From positions 30,442,001 to 30,506,000 of the forward strand of contig CM074517.1 in NCBI GenBank assembly GCA_037379345.1: DNA of 64,000 bases, read 5' to 3'. Below the pieces are notes generated by a model that saw only the letters and a list, made by a program, of their open reading frames with translations, had not been told where the DNA came from and made no database searches. The position numbers were made by a program, and so were the translations under genes. Shown here piece after piece: positions 26,031 to 39,413 of the stretch. Each line of letters opens with the position of its first letter. Position 1 is the stretch's first letter. Source of the stretch: Perna viridis. Its lineage: Eukaryota.

Positions 26031-27344
26031 TAAAAATAGTACTTACAGAGATCACCATTTCAAAAAGTGTAAATACATCTTCAAGTAAGCTCTGAAGGGC
26101 CCCGACAATAAAAGTAGTAAAAACCACGGTTACAGAACAATGGCACTCCTTCAAAATGAACTGAAAAGTCAAATATGACACTGAGACACATTAATGACCA
26201 AAAATGATATTTGGTCGAAATCATGCATTTGTAACCAAGAATCATGCTGCAAGCGCAGCTGACAACTTGGAAATAGTGGACAGGTACCTTAATAAATGCA
26301 CGTACTTAAATATTTTATTTCATATCGATTCAATATTTTGTACTAACATCATTTACCTGATGAAGAATTATCGATGATTGTACTTAGATTTGTGCTAGAT
26401 TGAAGTATGTAGTTTGTTATGAAACGATAGATGACCATTAATAAGTACGAACATTTGCATTTGTTTTTGAACAAGTTTATTAACAAACGTCTATTACAAC
26501 GACAAGGTAAGACAGGTAGGGAGAAAACCAAGTTGTTTTATTATTATCGAGTAGTATTTTATATTCGGTTGATCAACTTCTCTTAGCTATGTAAATGAGG
26601 TAACAGTTTATCCTATGAAAAGTCTGTCGGAGCAACATGTTTGAAAATATTCAAACAAAAGTTTATTTTTCCTCAACATACGCTTAGATTATTTTCTTAT
26701 CATTATGGGTTATAATAGTATATGCTTTGGACTTGTTTATATGAGAAGTCTTTAATATCAGTAATGAAAGATAAATGGCTTCATACCTTCAAGCCACACG
26801 TGAAATGTATGTTACTGCTTCAAACAATTGACATATATAGCATTTTGTGTCTTATTTTTAATCAAAATTTTATTTGCGGTTTCCCAGACTCCAATATTGG
26901 GAATGGTTGTCGTTTTCTTGCCTCCCCATAAACCTAAACCACCTTTTAACCGACATCTTTAATACATCAGTTTTTATTTTCCTTACAAAATAGGTCAGTG
27001 TTGTATGATATAAGGATGTTATGAAAGGATTCAACGTTTATTATATAGATAAAGATCAACTAGACATTAATAAACGATTTTAACAAGGGTTGCAGAGTAG
27101 GTTATTTTGTAACAGTCAAAGAATGATATTCCTTTGCAGTTACATTTGGGAATAGTGCATTTATATTTTATGTTTATATTGAGATAACAGAATTGAAAAT
27201 AACTCATTCGTCGAGAGTACATCATTGATTTAAAATGTTGTTCCATTCACCACTACTTTATAGTATTATTCCTAACACTTTGTTGTCTTTGTTAAAATCA
27301 TTTTTACTCAGTTAAACTCTACAAATATCGATACCCACACTTAA

Positions 27345-27682
27345 GTGTAAGTGTTTGCAAGAATCAGGCAAAATTGAAAAATACCCATCGATCAGACAAT
27401 ATAATATCACTCAAGGATGCTCTCTTTATTTGAAAAGAACATTATTTGATCTATACATAAACGGATTAGCTCAGACATTTTTCTTAGAAAAATGAGGTTT
27501 TTGACAGAGTTAACTGCCCTTGAAATGTTCATTTCCCGTGCATTTCGATGAAATTGTAACTCAATGGTCCAAAATGATATTGAAAATCTTGTCTAGTGCA
27601 AATAGTCAAATTACACTATCAAAATGATGGTTTTTGTAATACCATGTTTCATCAACCGCCTGATTCTTACATGTGCTGACGC
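27345..27682 (+). mobile_element. MITE type D copy 1
   Basis: ttaa-GTGTAAGTGTTTGCAAGAATCAGGCA ... GCCTGATTCTTACA; colinear with 49095-49481. Confidence 0.82.
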
Positions 27683-28575
27683 TTATAATGTTTTAGTTTG
27701 TCATTATTACTGTATTTCCATTGTGTTATTGACTTATACTTGTTCATTTAGATGTTTCACACAGTGGCTACACAGTCTGTGAACAGTATTGACAAAACAT
27801 ACAGATGACATTTATAGTCAAAACCGTTTAGGCAAATATGATATGCATCTCTATCGTCGAGACTAGTTAGCGACAAATTTTCCCAATTGGTGACAGATCA
27901 ACCTTTACCATCTGTTTTACAACAAAAATTAATTTTTTATTATATTGAATCAAACAAAGATATTAGCCCCAAAGTTAATTTCAGTTTATCAGATGATGAA
28001 CACTTTACTGCAGGCTAAGTGACCAACCAAGCTCTTCACAAGTATGTGTCGTATGAAATTAAAGTATATTTTAAGTTTTAATCAGTAAAAAACATAATAT
28101 TCAGACTATAGTTTGCCCTTGGGGTAAACATCATGTGCTAAGCAGTTCCAGACGAAGTCTGCTGCTTAAGCTTAAAGTTCTTTTTATTACCGACAGTCGT
28201 TATCAAGCCGCCATTGTGGACGCAATATCTCGTATTATTCACACGTTTTCAGACAGTTTATTTCATAAGGAAGTTATGTTATGATATCTGAAAAAGAAAA
28301 GCTTTTGATTTAAGCGATCTTTGGATCGTCATTAACTTAAGTTGTTGTTCGTGTAAAGATTTGACCGATACCGATTGAACACATTGGTACAATTTAGTTT
28401 TCAATTTATGAAAGGTTTTTTAGTGTATATCTTTTAACAGGACTTTTACAAAACTTCTTGCATAAGTCACACAACTTAACTCTATAGTTGACTCAAATTG
28501 AATTCATTGAATACATCGATGGGTTTTAGCAAGCCCTCTCCATATGTTTCTGTTACTTTCCTTTAATGATGTTCA

Positions 28576-29098
28576 GCCCCGTGCAGGTCCGGATGTTAAA
28601 AGAATAGGCCTGCAGCAGCGCTAAGCTTGTCGTAAAAGGCGACTAAATAGTGCTCAGAACCTTAGCCGGGGGCTAGGGCGCTCTGCCCACAGAGCAACTG
28701 GGTTGTGTGCCCCAGGTGGTGGAATGGGGTACTCATTGCGTATTACATGCTGGGGTTGTCAGGCTATAATACGGAAAACCTGACTGCAAGCCATAGTGGT
28801 GCACCGTGTTGGGAAAGATGCCACGTTCCTCGCACGTTAAAAAACCCTACTGTAGTATTCTCGCGGAGTAGGAACCATAGGGCTCCGTCACAGGAGGCTA
28901 AATTGCCCAACCCTACCCACCTCTCCCTATTTCCAGTGTCATTCAAAATTTCTCGACCCCATAAGCCTTGCGTCCGATCCCATTTTTCATTTCATCATCA
29001 TTTCATGTTTACTTTATAATCCACGTCATGTTCATCGCCTCAATATAGCTGAAATATTGCTGCTTTGGCGTTAAACCCCAAGAAACAAACAAACAAAT
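28576..29098 (+). mobile_element. Full-length SINE-like retroposon with a structured non-tRNA head
   Basis: GC-rich island. 14 bp target-site duplication (TSD) with one mismatch (TTTAATGATGTTCA 28562-28575 / TTTGATGATGTTCA 29099-29112). 3' end AGCTGAAATATTGCTG..GGCGTTAAAC plus an (AAAC)n tail. Second copy at 63594. Confidence 0.88.
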
Positions 29099-29126
29099 TT
29101 TGATGATGTTCATAAATGAATTTTAA

Positions 29127-29266
29127 AAGAGTAACCAAGGAAACAAGGTTATAGCGGTAATCAAAAGAACGCAATCCAGGGACAAAGACCAGACAATGAA
29201 AACAGACACACACAAAGAAGAACATGAAGTACTTAAAATCATACATACAAAATAACAAAAGCAAAT
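29127..29266 (-). mobile_element. PLE family 1 3' UTR fragment
   Basis: Same 3' terminus and interior. Confidence 0.85.
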
Positions 29267-32200
29267 AAAGTAGACAATAAACTAAATGTTTGCAAGTCAT
29301 AACATAGTAAGTTCGTTATAAGAACAATATTTAATATATTTCATTAGTGGAGAGTAACGATTAAACAAAATATATCGAAAAAACAATTTAACAACAGCAA
29401 CCGCAACAAATTCGACCTTTATCAAAACAATGTACTAATTTCTCATGATGTGTCCGATGTCCTGTTATTAGTCATTAACATAAACGAATATTTACGATGT
29501 ATCATTCAAAAGCAAGTACCCAATCACCTGTCAAGCAAAATATAAGAATAGTTTATATTTTTCAACTAATTCGATATGCACCAATTGACCTACATTAGTC
29601 AAGTAGTCGCTTCGCAGACAGTTGTGAACCGATGTTGAATGTTATTCGCAATTCAAACACACCCGTGAAACTTCATACTAAACTTAAAACTGTATTAAAT
29701 ACTCAGAAAGAAACTGTCAGATTCTAACAAAGAATGCAGTTGATATCAATTAGAAAGGAACGACATTTATAGTAAGTATAGAAAATAAATACAGATGGTA
29801 TTTTATTATTTAAGTGTTAGTCTCCATAACAAACATGCAGTGAATGAGTGGATACAACAGTATATTATCACAAAACAAAACAAAACAAAACAAAACAAAC
29901 AAACAAAACAAACAAAAAAATAAATAAATAAAATCCAATAATGCATATACGCTATACAGGACAACTACATTTAACATCACCCCTACGAATATATGTTTTT
30001 CCATGGTGTCGTAGAGGTTAAAAGTTGGTTATTCCTAACCTTTATTTTTATTCACGTAAATACATTGTTTGTGTTAATGATAACTTCGACACAACAATAG
30101 TTTTTTTTATCATGAAATATGCCTGATTCCAAGAAATGTTTGTACCCAATATAAGGCAACCATGCAATATACTGCACTTTAAATTCACATTTCACTATTC
30201 TTTCAAATATTTTACATACATGCATATAGAATTTCAAAATCAATTATTATCTAATAAGCATGCAAACAACATTTATGCTTGGCCTGACAATAAGAAAAAA
30301 AAACGAAGGCATCAGTCTCTTACTGAAGGGTTATATAAGAAATTTTGGGTAAGAATTTTCTGAAAAAAAAAGGAACTCATTTTATAATAATATTACAACG
30401 TATCGATATGTTGTTTCTTGTTACATATTTATGTAATCGCTGTTCTCATCAAGATTGTACTTGTTTTAAAATTTATACAATATATCTGTAAATATTAATA
30501 AGAAAGATAACACTTTTGTTAATAAAATTTACATGAACTATCTATAAATAAATAAGCTAACCTTCCAAACAAACACGTCTTGGCATCTAACAATTCTGTT
30601 ATCAGTACAATATGTTTTTTTTTGCATCAGAAGATATTCGTTGTGGTTCAGTTTTATAAATGTGTAATAAAATGTTTCACTTTGAAGAAAGCTGTAAAAG
30701 CCATAATAAAAAAAATATTTTAGTAATTTGAATTTAATTTAATAAATATTTTTAAAAGAAGTTTGACCTTTTGATTCACAAAGACTACTTATGAATAGAA
30801 AATATTAATGAAATTTCACAAATTTCAATACAATATATGAAGGTTGAAAGAGTTTAATTGACTTCAAAGCGAGTCCATCATCAAATCAAGCATTAAACAA
30901 ATTTAATACCTGCATAGAGTGTTTGATGACAGGAGAAAATATCTAACTTATTATTTGAAAATCATTGTAGTTTTTGTATACGAAATAAATAATTTGTACT
31001 GTACAAGTCCCGTTGACAAATTACTTTTGAAAGGGATTGTAACGTATTATGGAGTTTACATGGGTTGATTATTGAGTAGGAGGAGTTGTACTCACAATCT
31101 GACCAAAATATAGACTAGATTCAATTGCAATTAAACTATTTTAAGTGAATCTTTATTATAATAGATGATGAGCTCTATTAAACAGCGCTAGGAGAGCTTC
31201 TTACTTTAAAGGAACTTGTCATTTTATTAATTGAAATATTAAGATACGACTTGATATGCTTTCAAATCGAGGTGTTGAAGCTGGGCCTTGATCAAGAATA
31301 ATTTAACGCCCCCTTTTAACCACAGAAGATTTTTTCACTATTTCTCACCGTATTCATAAAATTTCCCAATCAAATAATGTAAGTTTGCATATTCCCATAG
31401 ATTTGACGTTTGAAAACAAATCCAACATGACAGAGAAAGCCCACATCAATTAGAATAGTATTATGTCAATTCAGTACAAATTTCATAACAATTTTATATA
31501 AGGACATAATAACTACAATAGCACAACGAAAACTCGAAATTTTGATATGAAATTAACAAAGTGAAGAAGCAAAAAATAAATTCTAAAGTTTTATTTGAAA
31601 TGAATATTCCATTATTATTAGAGAGAAAAGGCAATGATTATAGCCTTAAGTGACGCCTTAACCGGTTCATTTGTATGTAATTCTCCAAGATCAAGGCAAT
31701 TTCGTTGTAAGTACCAGCAGACATTTTAACCGTCAGAACATTGATTTAAATTTTTTTTTTTTTAAATATTTCTTGATTTTCTTATCCAAATGTACAGACT
31801 TTCAAAAAGCATAAGGACATTGGTCAAATCAAATACAACCTTACTCCAGTCGAATTGCAAAACATGTACATTTACTGCCCATCTTTTTGTTTAAAGCGTT
31901 CCAGAAAAACAACAAAATGAAACAAATATGTTTTGCCTGGATAATATTATATAGAATTAGCACCAAATTTTGATAAAATATGTGTTTATGTATTTTCAGG
32001 ACGTAATCTATCATTCTACAGCTTAGACGGCAATTTTCTGCTCAGACATAACACTAAACTAGTTCAGAAAAATGAAATAGACAGAAGCGTCCAATTACAC
32101 GTTTCATTCCCTGATATTAATTATCTCTACATCAAAGTGCACCATGGTACTCTCGACATTTCTAAAATACCTGTCTGTGGATAACAGGCCGTAAGCATAT

Positions 32201-33556
32201 AATTGTCATCGATTTCTTTATTGCCTTATGTTACCTTTTCATCACTTAAATTTCCAATTTAACGAAATTAGTATTTAAAGGAGATGACAATATAGCTCAA
32301 TTCGATGAAGAATTTCTTTTGTTGTCAATTTGAATTGTTTTGTGAATTGACTCTTTAAACAAAATGTGTAAAACCAAATGTCTTGAAGCACTGTTTGGAG
32401 ATAAAGCTGCCTTTCTTTGTACGTCTTAATCCGATTTAAATGTTATTAAAATTTGATTTCCTTTGATGTTTGTATATATTATGAACTTTGGTCAAGTTAT
32501 GACTGTCTTTAGATTTCTTAAAGAGCTCATTTTATAGTGAGTAGAGGGAAAACTTAATACCCAACACATAAATGGAAAATTTCGGATTTGTATTTCTCTT
32601 TTGTTTTTATAAATTGCAAGCATGCTTTATTTTAGTTATTACCACTATACACAATTCTGATTAGAAATTGGTAAATATAATGAATTCGTTTGTGTGGAAA
32701 ACATTTGCATACCATTCAGTAGCAAAATATTGTTTTCTGTATAATGAGTCAATATATACTTGTCTTATATTTGTTATATTTCATTTTCGACTGGCATATT
32801 ATCAGGATAAATTGGGAAGTTTATGGGACATTCATAGGAGCAAAATGCATCATCATGTGTCTTAAAACATGTGGAAACAAAAGTTTAGAACTGATATGGG
32901 AAAACATGCTTTGTCCATATAATTACACATGAAAGCGTATGTTTTCTTCAAAACCATAGGAAAATCATTCTCTTTTTACATATGAAATTTAATAGAAAAC
33001 TAACTATATCCATATGAGTTTGATCAAAATTTCTTGTTTGAATGAAGTATATTTTTCTTGCGGTCCTAATCATATGAAACGTACGTTTTGTAGGTGATTC
33101 ACTAAAGTAGTTTTTCCAGTGTACAAGTATTTGAAATAGTTAACGGACGAAAAAGGATGAATTATGTGATGAAGATAGTCTTTAAAATTTATTTATTTTT
33201 ATATTATTTAGCCGAAAACTGAGAATGGATTAAGAAACAAAAATACCAATCATTTCTATGATTAAACATAGCCAGTAATAATAATAAAATGTTGTGTATA
33301 TGAGTTTTCTTATTGACTTTGTCAAATTTGTCTTGTCACTTTATAGCTTTTTGTACGTAATTGTGAGAAAATAAGTCTCACTTTTTTTTTTTAAATTGAA
33401 AAGAAAATTATAAAGCCTTATAAGAAAAATAATCAATGTTATGAGAAATGGAACAATACTAAAATTTCGTACAATCAAACTCAATTTGTACATGTAATAT
33501 AGCTAATATAAAAAAAACTGATTTGGTTATCAAGAAAAAATCGTGCTAGTAATTAA

Positions 33557-33767
33557 GGAGGTAGATCTAGGGTAAGGGGCATAACTCTTGAAATCAGTGA
33601 TATGTTTATATCATATTCAATTTCACCAAAGCCTATCAAGCTTTCATTTAAAACAGAATGGAATCAACCAAGTTACTTTGATGCTTACATAAAAATAAAG
33701 TAAAATGCTGAATACAAACGTTCCAATTATTTGTAAGAGTTGTGTCCTTTCCCCTAGATCTACCTCC
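33557..33767 (-). mobile_element. MITE family A copy 3
   Basis: Same TIRs and interior, TTAA flanks. Confidence 0.9.
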
Positions 33768-35153
33768 TTAAGTATTAGCAAACTATTATTTAGACAGAAA
33801 TAATTAGTCATGTGTATGCCATTCTTCCACACAAAAAACTATTATTGTTAAAGATGGTTGCCTTTGCAACCTGCTCCTTGTGTTAATTAACAAATACTTT
33901 CGTATCTTGCAGGAAAACACTGATTATTTTTTTGTTTCCTTTCTTAGTTTTTTGTTTTTAATATACTTTGTGACTTTCAATAAATATGTGGCTTAACTTT
34001 CCATGTTTTAAAAATAAACAAATTCGAAAAAGTATTAGAAAACTCCTTTATGTTCCGCGCTACTATTGTTAACCAAATATTGAACAATTTGAATATCATT
34101 ATTATGTGTCACCATATTGTCTTATTATACAAAACCATTTGCTTCAGTGTTACCATTATGTGATTTTGATGCACAACGGAAGTTATTCTATTGAGGCAAG
34201 ATTTAAAATTATATAAAACTTCAGACAGTCATAAGTAGTAAATATATAGAAGTTTGGTTACTTAATCTTACAAAATGCCTTCTATTTTTATGTATTTTTT
34301 ATGAGAGCATAAATACATCCTAGATGTACCGTTCATGTATGTATACAAATTCAAATTTTAATTCCTTGCCTCCGATTAAGAGCTAACGCGCCCAATTTGT
34401 ATATCAGTTAACAGCAAACGGTAAAAATGTGAAGAAAATAAATGAATATACCTGGTATGACAGCGACAATATCTATTTTCAATTAATTCATATTTCAGTT
34501 CTATAATGACCAATTTCGGACTATATTTAAAAAGATAACTTATGTACTTTTAAAAATGTAGAAACTATCGTCTATTACACGGAAAACATTATAGGACATT
34601 GCTAATCATTTGTATACAACTCTGTACATCTGTTTTTATATCGACTTACAATGAAACCACTATCATCATGGTAAGTCTAATTAAGTTTGAACCGTACACA
34701 CATGATATGTTTTTCATTAGTTACTTGTCTGATTTTCTCCTTCTTTAGAGGTAATCCAAATATTCATCAACAAAATAGACGGTGAACGGTATTTTTGTGG
34801 ATAAATTTCATAATCACAAAGTTTTGTCACTTCTGATTTACTTGTAAAACAGAAAGTTGTAGTTTATTTTATAAGTCTCCTGTCCTACCTCACATTCTAT
34901 GGAAGTATTTCTAATATTCATCAACAAAACAGTTCAACGATAATGTTTTGTTGCCGTTTACATCATCTTACAAGTTCTTGTAAGAGATATGTTTTACTTT
35001 TTGAATAGACGAGCATGAAAAAACCGTTTATTAAAAAAATATTAGTATATTTTTCTGCATATTAAAAGTTTTAAATGTTGAACACATAAATTGATATTGC
35101 CGACAAAGTTGGAGAACACCAATTTCAATTGCAATCAACTATTCATCAACTAA

Positions 35154-35350
35154 TTACCCTACCGGTGCACCTAGTCCATGCTCCCAGTTTTTAGTGGAGT
35201 CCGAGTTGCTCATTTACTTTTGTTACTTTGTATGTATGATTTTGGTTGCTTTGTGTTCCTTGTTGTGTGTCTGTTTTCCATATCTGGTCTTTGTCCGTGG
35301 ATTACATTCTTTTGATTACCGCTATAACCTTGGTTCCCTTGATTACTCTT
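35154..35350 (+). mobile_element. PLE family 1 3' UTR fragment
   Basis: TTACCCTACCGGTGCACC...GATTACTCTT. Confidence 0.88.
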
Positions 35351-35560
35351 TCAGAAACAAGGAACACCTGCTTTTCTCGGGGAACATCATATAATATAGT
35401 CATATCAACTTTTTGTTGAAAATTGATGACATCGTTTACAGGTAGAGAAATAAGTTAGTACATTTCACATTCTATCGATCTGTTGTAACGAATGCAATAC
35501 ATTAGTAAAAATAAAAGCAGAGTTGATGAAAGATATTTCCGCTATAATTGAGATGGATAA

Positions 35561-35761
35561 AAGAGTAATCAAGGGAACCAAGATTTAGCGGAAATCAAAA
35601 GAATGTAATCCAGGAACAAAGACCAGACATGGAAAACAGACAAACACAATAAAAAAATAAAAATAAAATAACTAAAATAATACATACACAGTAACAAAAG
35701 TAAAGGAGCAACTGATTAGACTATAAACTGGGACCATGGACCAGGTGCACCGGTACGGTAA
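35561..35761 (-). mobile_element. PLE family 1 3' UTR fragment (inverted partner of 35154-35350)
   Basis: Same extent, opposite strand. Confidence 0.85.
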
Positions 35762-37185
35762 AATGTGCGAAAAAGTACCAGCAAAGTAAGTTACTCATAT
35801 GATTAAGCAAATTTAATAAATAAAAAAAATAATAATTAAAATCAAAACAAAATTACTCGGAAAAAGATCGTTCACTGTCATTCTGACCGAAAAATATATT
35901 CTGAACTTTCTTTAATTTATCTAGAATTTCGTTTTAAATGTCTATGATATCTTTATTTCTGACCTTTCTTACTCCCAATGATTTATTTACCGAAGTAAGC
36001 ATTACTTTATCGTTAGAATATAACATAATCTTCTCTTAAAGGGGTTTTTAAGCATTAGCATAACCCATAAGAGGGGATTAGAATATTCAAAGGTTAGTAC
36101 AGATATATCAAATGCATCGTGCAGACATCGTAACTTACATGGCCCAAACTCAGATCCAAATGTATATTCAAAGCCAACTGTATTATTTTCTAAAGATGAA
36201 GCCGAACGTATTGTGCTTTATACAACACAGGGATATAAAAAGTCGCAGGGAAAATATTTAGTGTAAATAATACAGAGCGTAAAAGGCTATAAATCTGAAA
36301 TGTTTCATATTGAAGTTGTCTATACAGCCCCGTATCCAAGAACATTACTTTTCATTTGTTGAATTTTATTGTTTGATAATGCTTTATATTATGATGGAGT
36401 CTTAGTGTCGAAATTTCATGCTGAAATCAGTTTATTATGTGTGAAAAATTTTCGACAACAAAAAAGTTATAAAATCAACCATAAAACTATATTTGAAGTA
36501 CAAAATGTATTGTCTGGTAAATTTGAAAGGTTTTATTGGGGTTTACGACACGTACTTGAATCGCCTCCCCTTTCTTACTAACCAACCACAATAACGAAGA
36601 AATTCTCCCTGAATTTATCACACATCAGTCACACTTTGCATGGGTTAAAATAAATTTTTCTGGAGACTGACTGAGACACTGTATACATGTATATTTTAGT
36701 ACAGTGACGTGTCCATTCATGAGCAATACATGGCTTTTAGTTCAAGTGAACTTCTTTATAGTGGGTTTTGCACTTTTCTAACATTTGTATGTTTTTTGTT
36801 AACGACTGAAGCATTCATTTATATATGGTAACGACTCCATACTGACGATACACACTAGTCTCCTCAGTAACAAAACACAAACCATATATATACTGCAAAT
36901 ATTGCTAGGTGTACACGCGTTTTTAGGAGTAATGTTTTTACAAGAAGTAAATGGTCAAAACGAAACTAATGTATAAAACAACAATTATGTACCAAAATTG
37001 TTTATGAAATATACATTGCCTTTTAACTTGTGTTATTGACAATAAAAAAATTGCAAGTTCAACAACAAGTTGCCAACAAGACACACGTTGTAACATCTTG
37101 TTGACCAACACATTGTGCACTGATTAAAATGTTGTTGTCGATATACGCATTTTTACATTTAGTCTTTCTTGCGAATAGTAGCGAA

Positions 37186-37610
37186 TCACAACTGATTCAC
37201 TACGCTAGAGCAAGTACTGACTACTCTGATTTCCTTGAACGACAGAAATATCTCCGTAACAGTCTCCTGTATCAGGGGTATGAGGAAATGCGTCTTAAAA
37301 GGTCTCTTATAATATTCTTTTTTAGACATCAGTCCTTGGTTGAAAAACACACTGTTTCTTCTGAAATATTGAGTAATGATTGTTTTTGTAAATTATTCTT
37401 TATGCTGATGTAACCGCTGATTTACTGATTATGGCACAAAAGCATGCAAATGCTATTTAAGGATCAGCGGCATATTCACGCCGCAATGGAAGATGAAGGT
37501 TTAGCGCTCTGTAAAACCTAGATTTAACCCACCATTTCGCTAGAATTGCTTGTACCGCGGCAGGGCAATTGCGGTACTAGCTGCTCAAGTGGTGTAATAT
37601 CTATTTTACC
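37186..37610 (+). mobile_element. Second PLE family: RT thumb end plus a distinct 3' UTR
   Basis: SQLIHYARASTDYSDFLERQKYLRNSLLYQGY..RLKRSL..FF.RH..LVEKH is homologous to the family-1 thumb, but the DNA and UTR differ. Confidence 0.8.
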
Positions 37611-37730
37611 AGATTTGTTTTGGGTTTGACTTGATTTCCATATTTAATATTGTTGTCGATTCACACGTTAATTCCTAGGCATATTCAGATGACGGTAAAT
37701 ACATTGCTACTAAACACTTTAAGGGTTCGA

Positions 37731-37934
37731 AAGAGGAATCAAGGGAACCAAGGTTATAGCGGTAAGCAAAAGAATGTAATCCAGTGACAAAGACCAGATA
37801 TGAAAAACAGACATACACAACAAACAATATAAAGTAACTAAAATCATACATACACAGTAACAAAAGCAAATGAGCAACTCGGATTCCACTAAAAACTGGG
37901 AGCATGGACCAGGTGCACCGGTAGGGTAAGCGTC
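37731..37934 (-). mobile_element. PLE family 1 3' UTR fragment
   Basis: Matches the family consensus. Confidence 0.88.
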
Positions 37935-38066
37935 ATTGTGTCGAAAGCAACATTTATATACCTGTAGGGTACTAATAATAATCGGTATGCCTTATGGGTT
38001 AGGTAAACCAAGTGTAGTATCATGATATATTAGTTAATAGATTGGTAAAAAAATCTTTGAATCTAA

Positions 38067-38276
38067 GGAGGTAGACCTAAGGTAAGGGACACAACTCTTA
38101 CAAATTATTTGAACGTTTGTATTCTGCATTTTACATCAATCTCATGTAAGCATCAAAGTCACTTGGATTGATTTCATTCTGTTTCAAAAGAAAGCTTGAT
38201 AGGCTTTGGTAAAATTAAATATGATACAAATATATCATTGATTCCAAGAGTTATGTCTCTTACCTTAGGTATATCC
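38067..38276 (+). mobile_element. MITE family A copy 4
   Basis: Same interior; right TIR and flanks decayed. Confidence 0.88.
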
Positions 38277-38462
38277 TGAAATGATGACTAACAATCAACC
38301 TAATAAAAATTGAATTCGAAAAGCAGCTTTCTGATTCTTACTCTATTAGCATTCTTTTTGTTACTTGAAGGTAGCTGTTTCCTTTGCATAAATCTAATCG
38401 TTACAGTATACACTTCCTTAATTTCTGTACCCTTACCTTTGTTTTAATGAATCATTACATCA

Positions 38463-38551
38463 AAGAGTAATCAAGGGAACCAAGGTTATAGCGGTAATCA
38501 AAAGAATGTCATCCAGGGACAAAGACAAGACATGGAAAACAGACATATACA
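38463..38551 (-). mobile_element. PLE family 1 short 3' fragment
   Basis: Terminal ~90 bp of the family. Confidence 0.82.
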
Positions 38552-39253
38552 TAAAGTTATAAAGTTATAATGATAATGAAAGAATGTACCTTTTACAAAT
38601 ATCCCAGTTTTTTTTTAGTTTAACATTGTTCTGTTTAAGTTATAATCAAATTTAATTGCTTGTCTAACTTTGAATACAAACGAAAACATATTCTGTGAAG
38701 TATTCAATTATGTTACACCTTAGAGTTAAAAAGAAATAAATATACCCCCTCCCCCCAAAAAAAAAAAATTAAATAAATAAATAAATAAATAATTAAATAA
38801 ACTTATTATCAACGGAAAAAGTTAAACTCTGATTAACTGTAGAATGAAGACACTCGTACCACTGTGCATTTGCTATTTATCATCATATGTTTCACTAATA
38901 ATTTAAACTGTTATTTGACTTGCATAACTGTCACTAAATGGACAAGAAACCTTTTTTAATCTAAAGTCTGCATAAGATTTTGATAAAATTTTATCCATTA
39001 ACGTATATACTAATTGTTGAGTATGTGTTATTAAATTATGTTCTTATGTAAATCTCTGGTAACATTTACTCTGAAAGGCCTTGTTTGATCTGTTTATCTG
39101 GTCATCAGATGTTTATTTTACTTTTTTATTACAGGAGAAGTGCCTTGATCATATTTGGAGGTTTATTCTTCTTTGCTTTTCATCAGCTAACTAAAATGTA
39201 TGTGTGATCGGGGTTTACTGACGAACAATATTAAAATAACGCATGATCAAACG

Positions 39254-39413
39254 ATTTCAATGAAATTATAACTCAATTTACTAAAGTGATATGGAAAATC
39301 GTGTATTTTTTCCTTGATCTTGATGGTGCAAATAGTCTATTTAAACTTTCAAAATTGTGTTTTTGTTTCATACCATATCTCACCCACTGCCTGACTCTTA
39401 CAGAGACTGACAC
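39254..39413 (+). mobile_element. MITE type D, right-half fragment
   Basis: Matches the right part of 49095-49481 and ends CCCACTGCCTGACTCTTACAGAGACTGACAC-ttaa. Confidence 0.75.

Noticed and set aside
32640-33123. Possible CAC..GTG-type MITE with CATATG repeats
   Set aside because: Only a right-end-like TTTTTCCAGTGTA is seen, with no matching left TIR or second copy.
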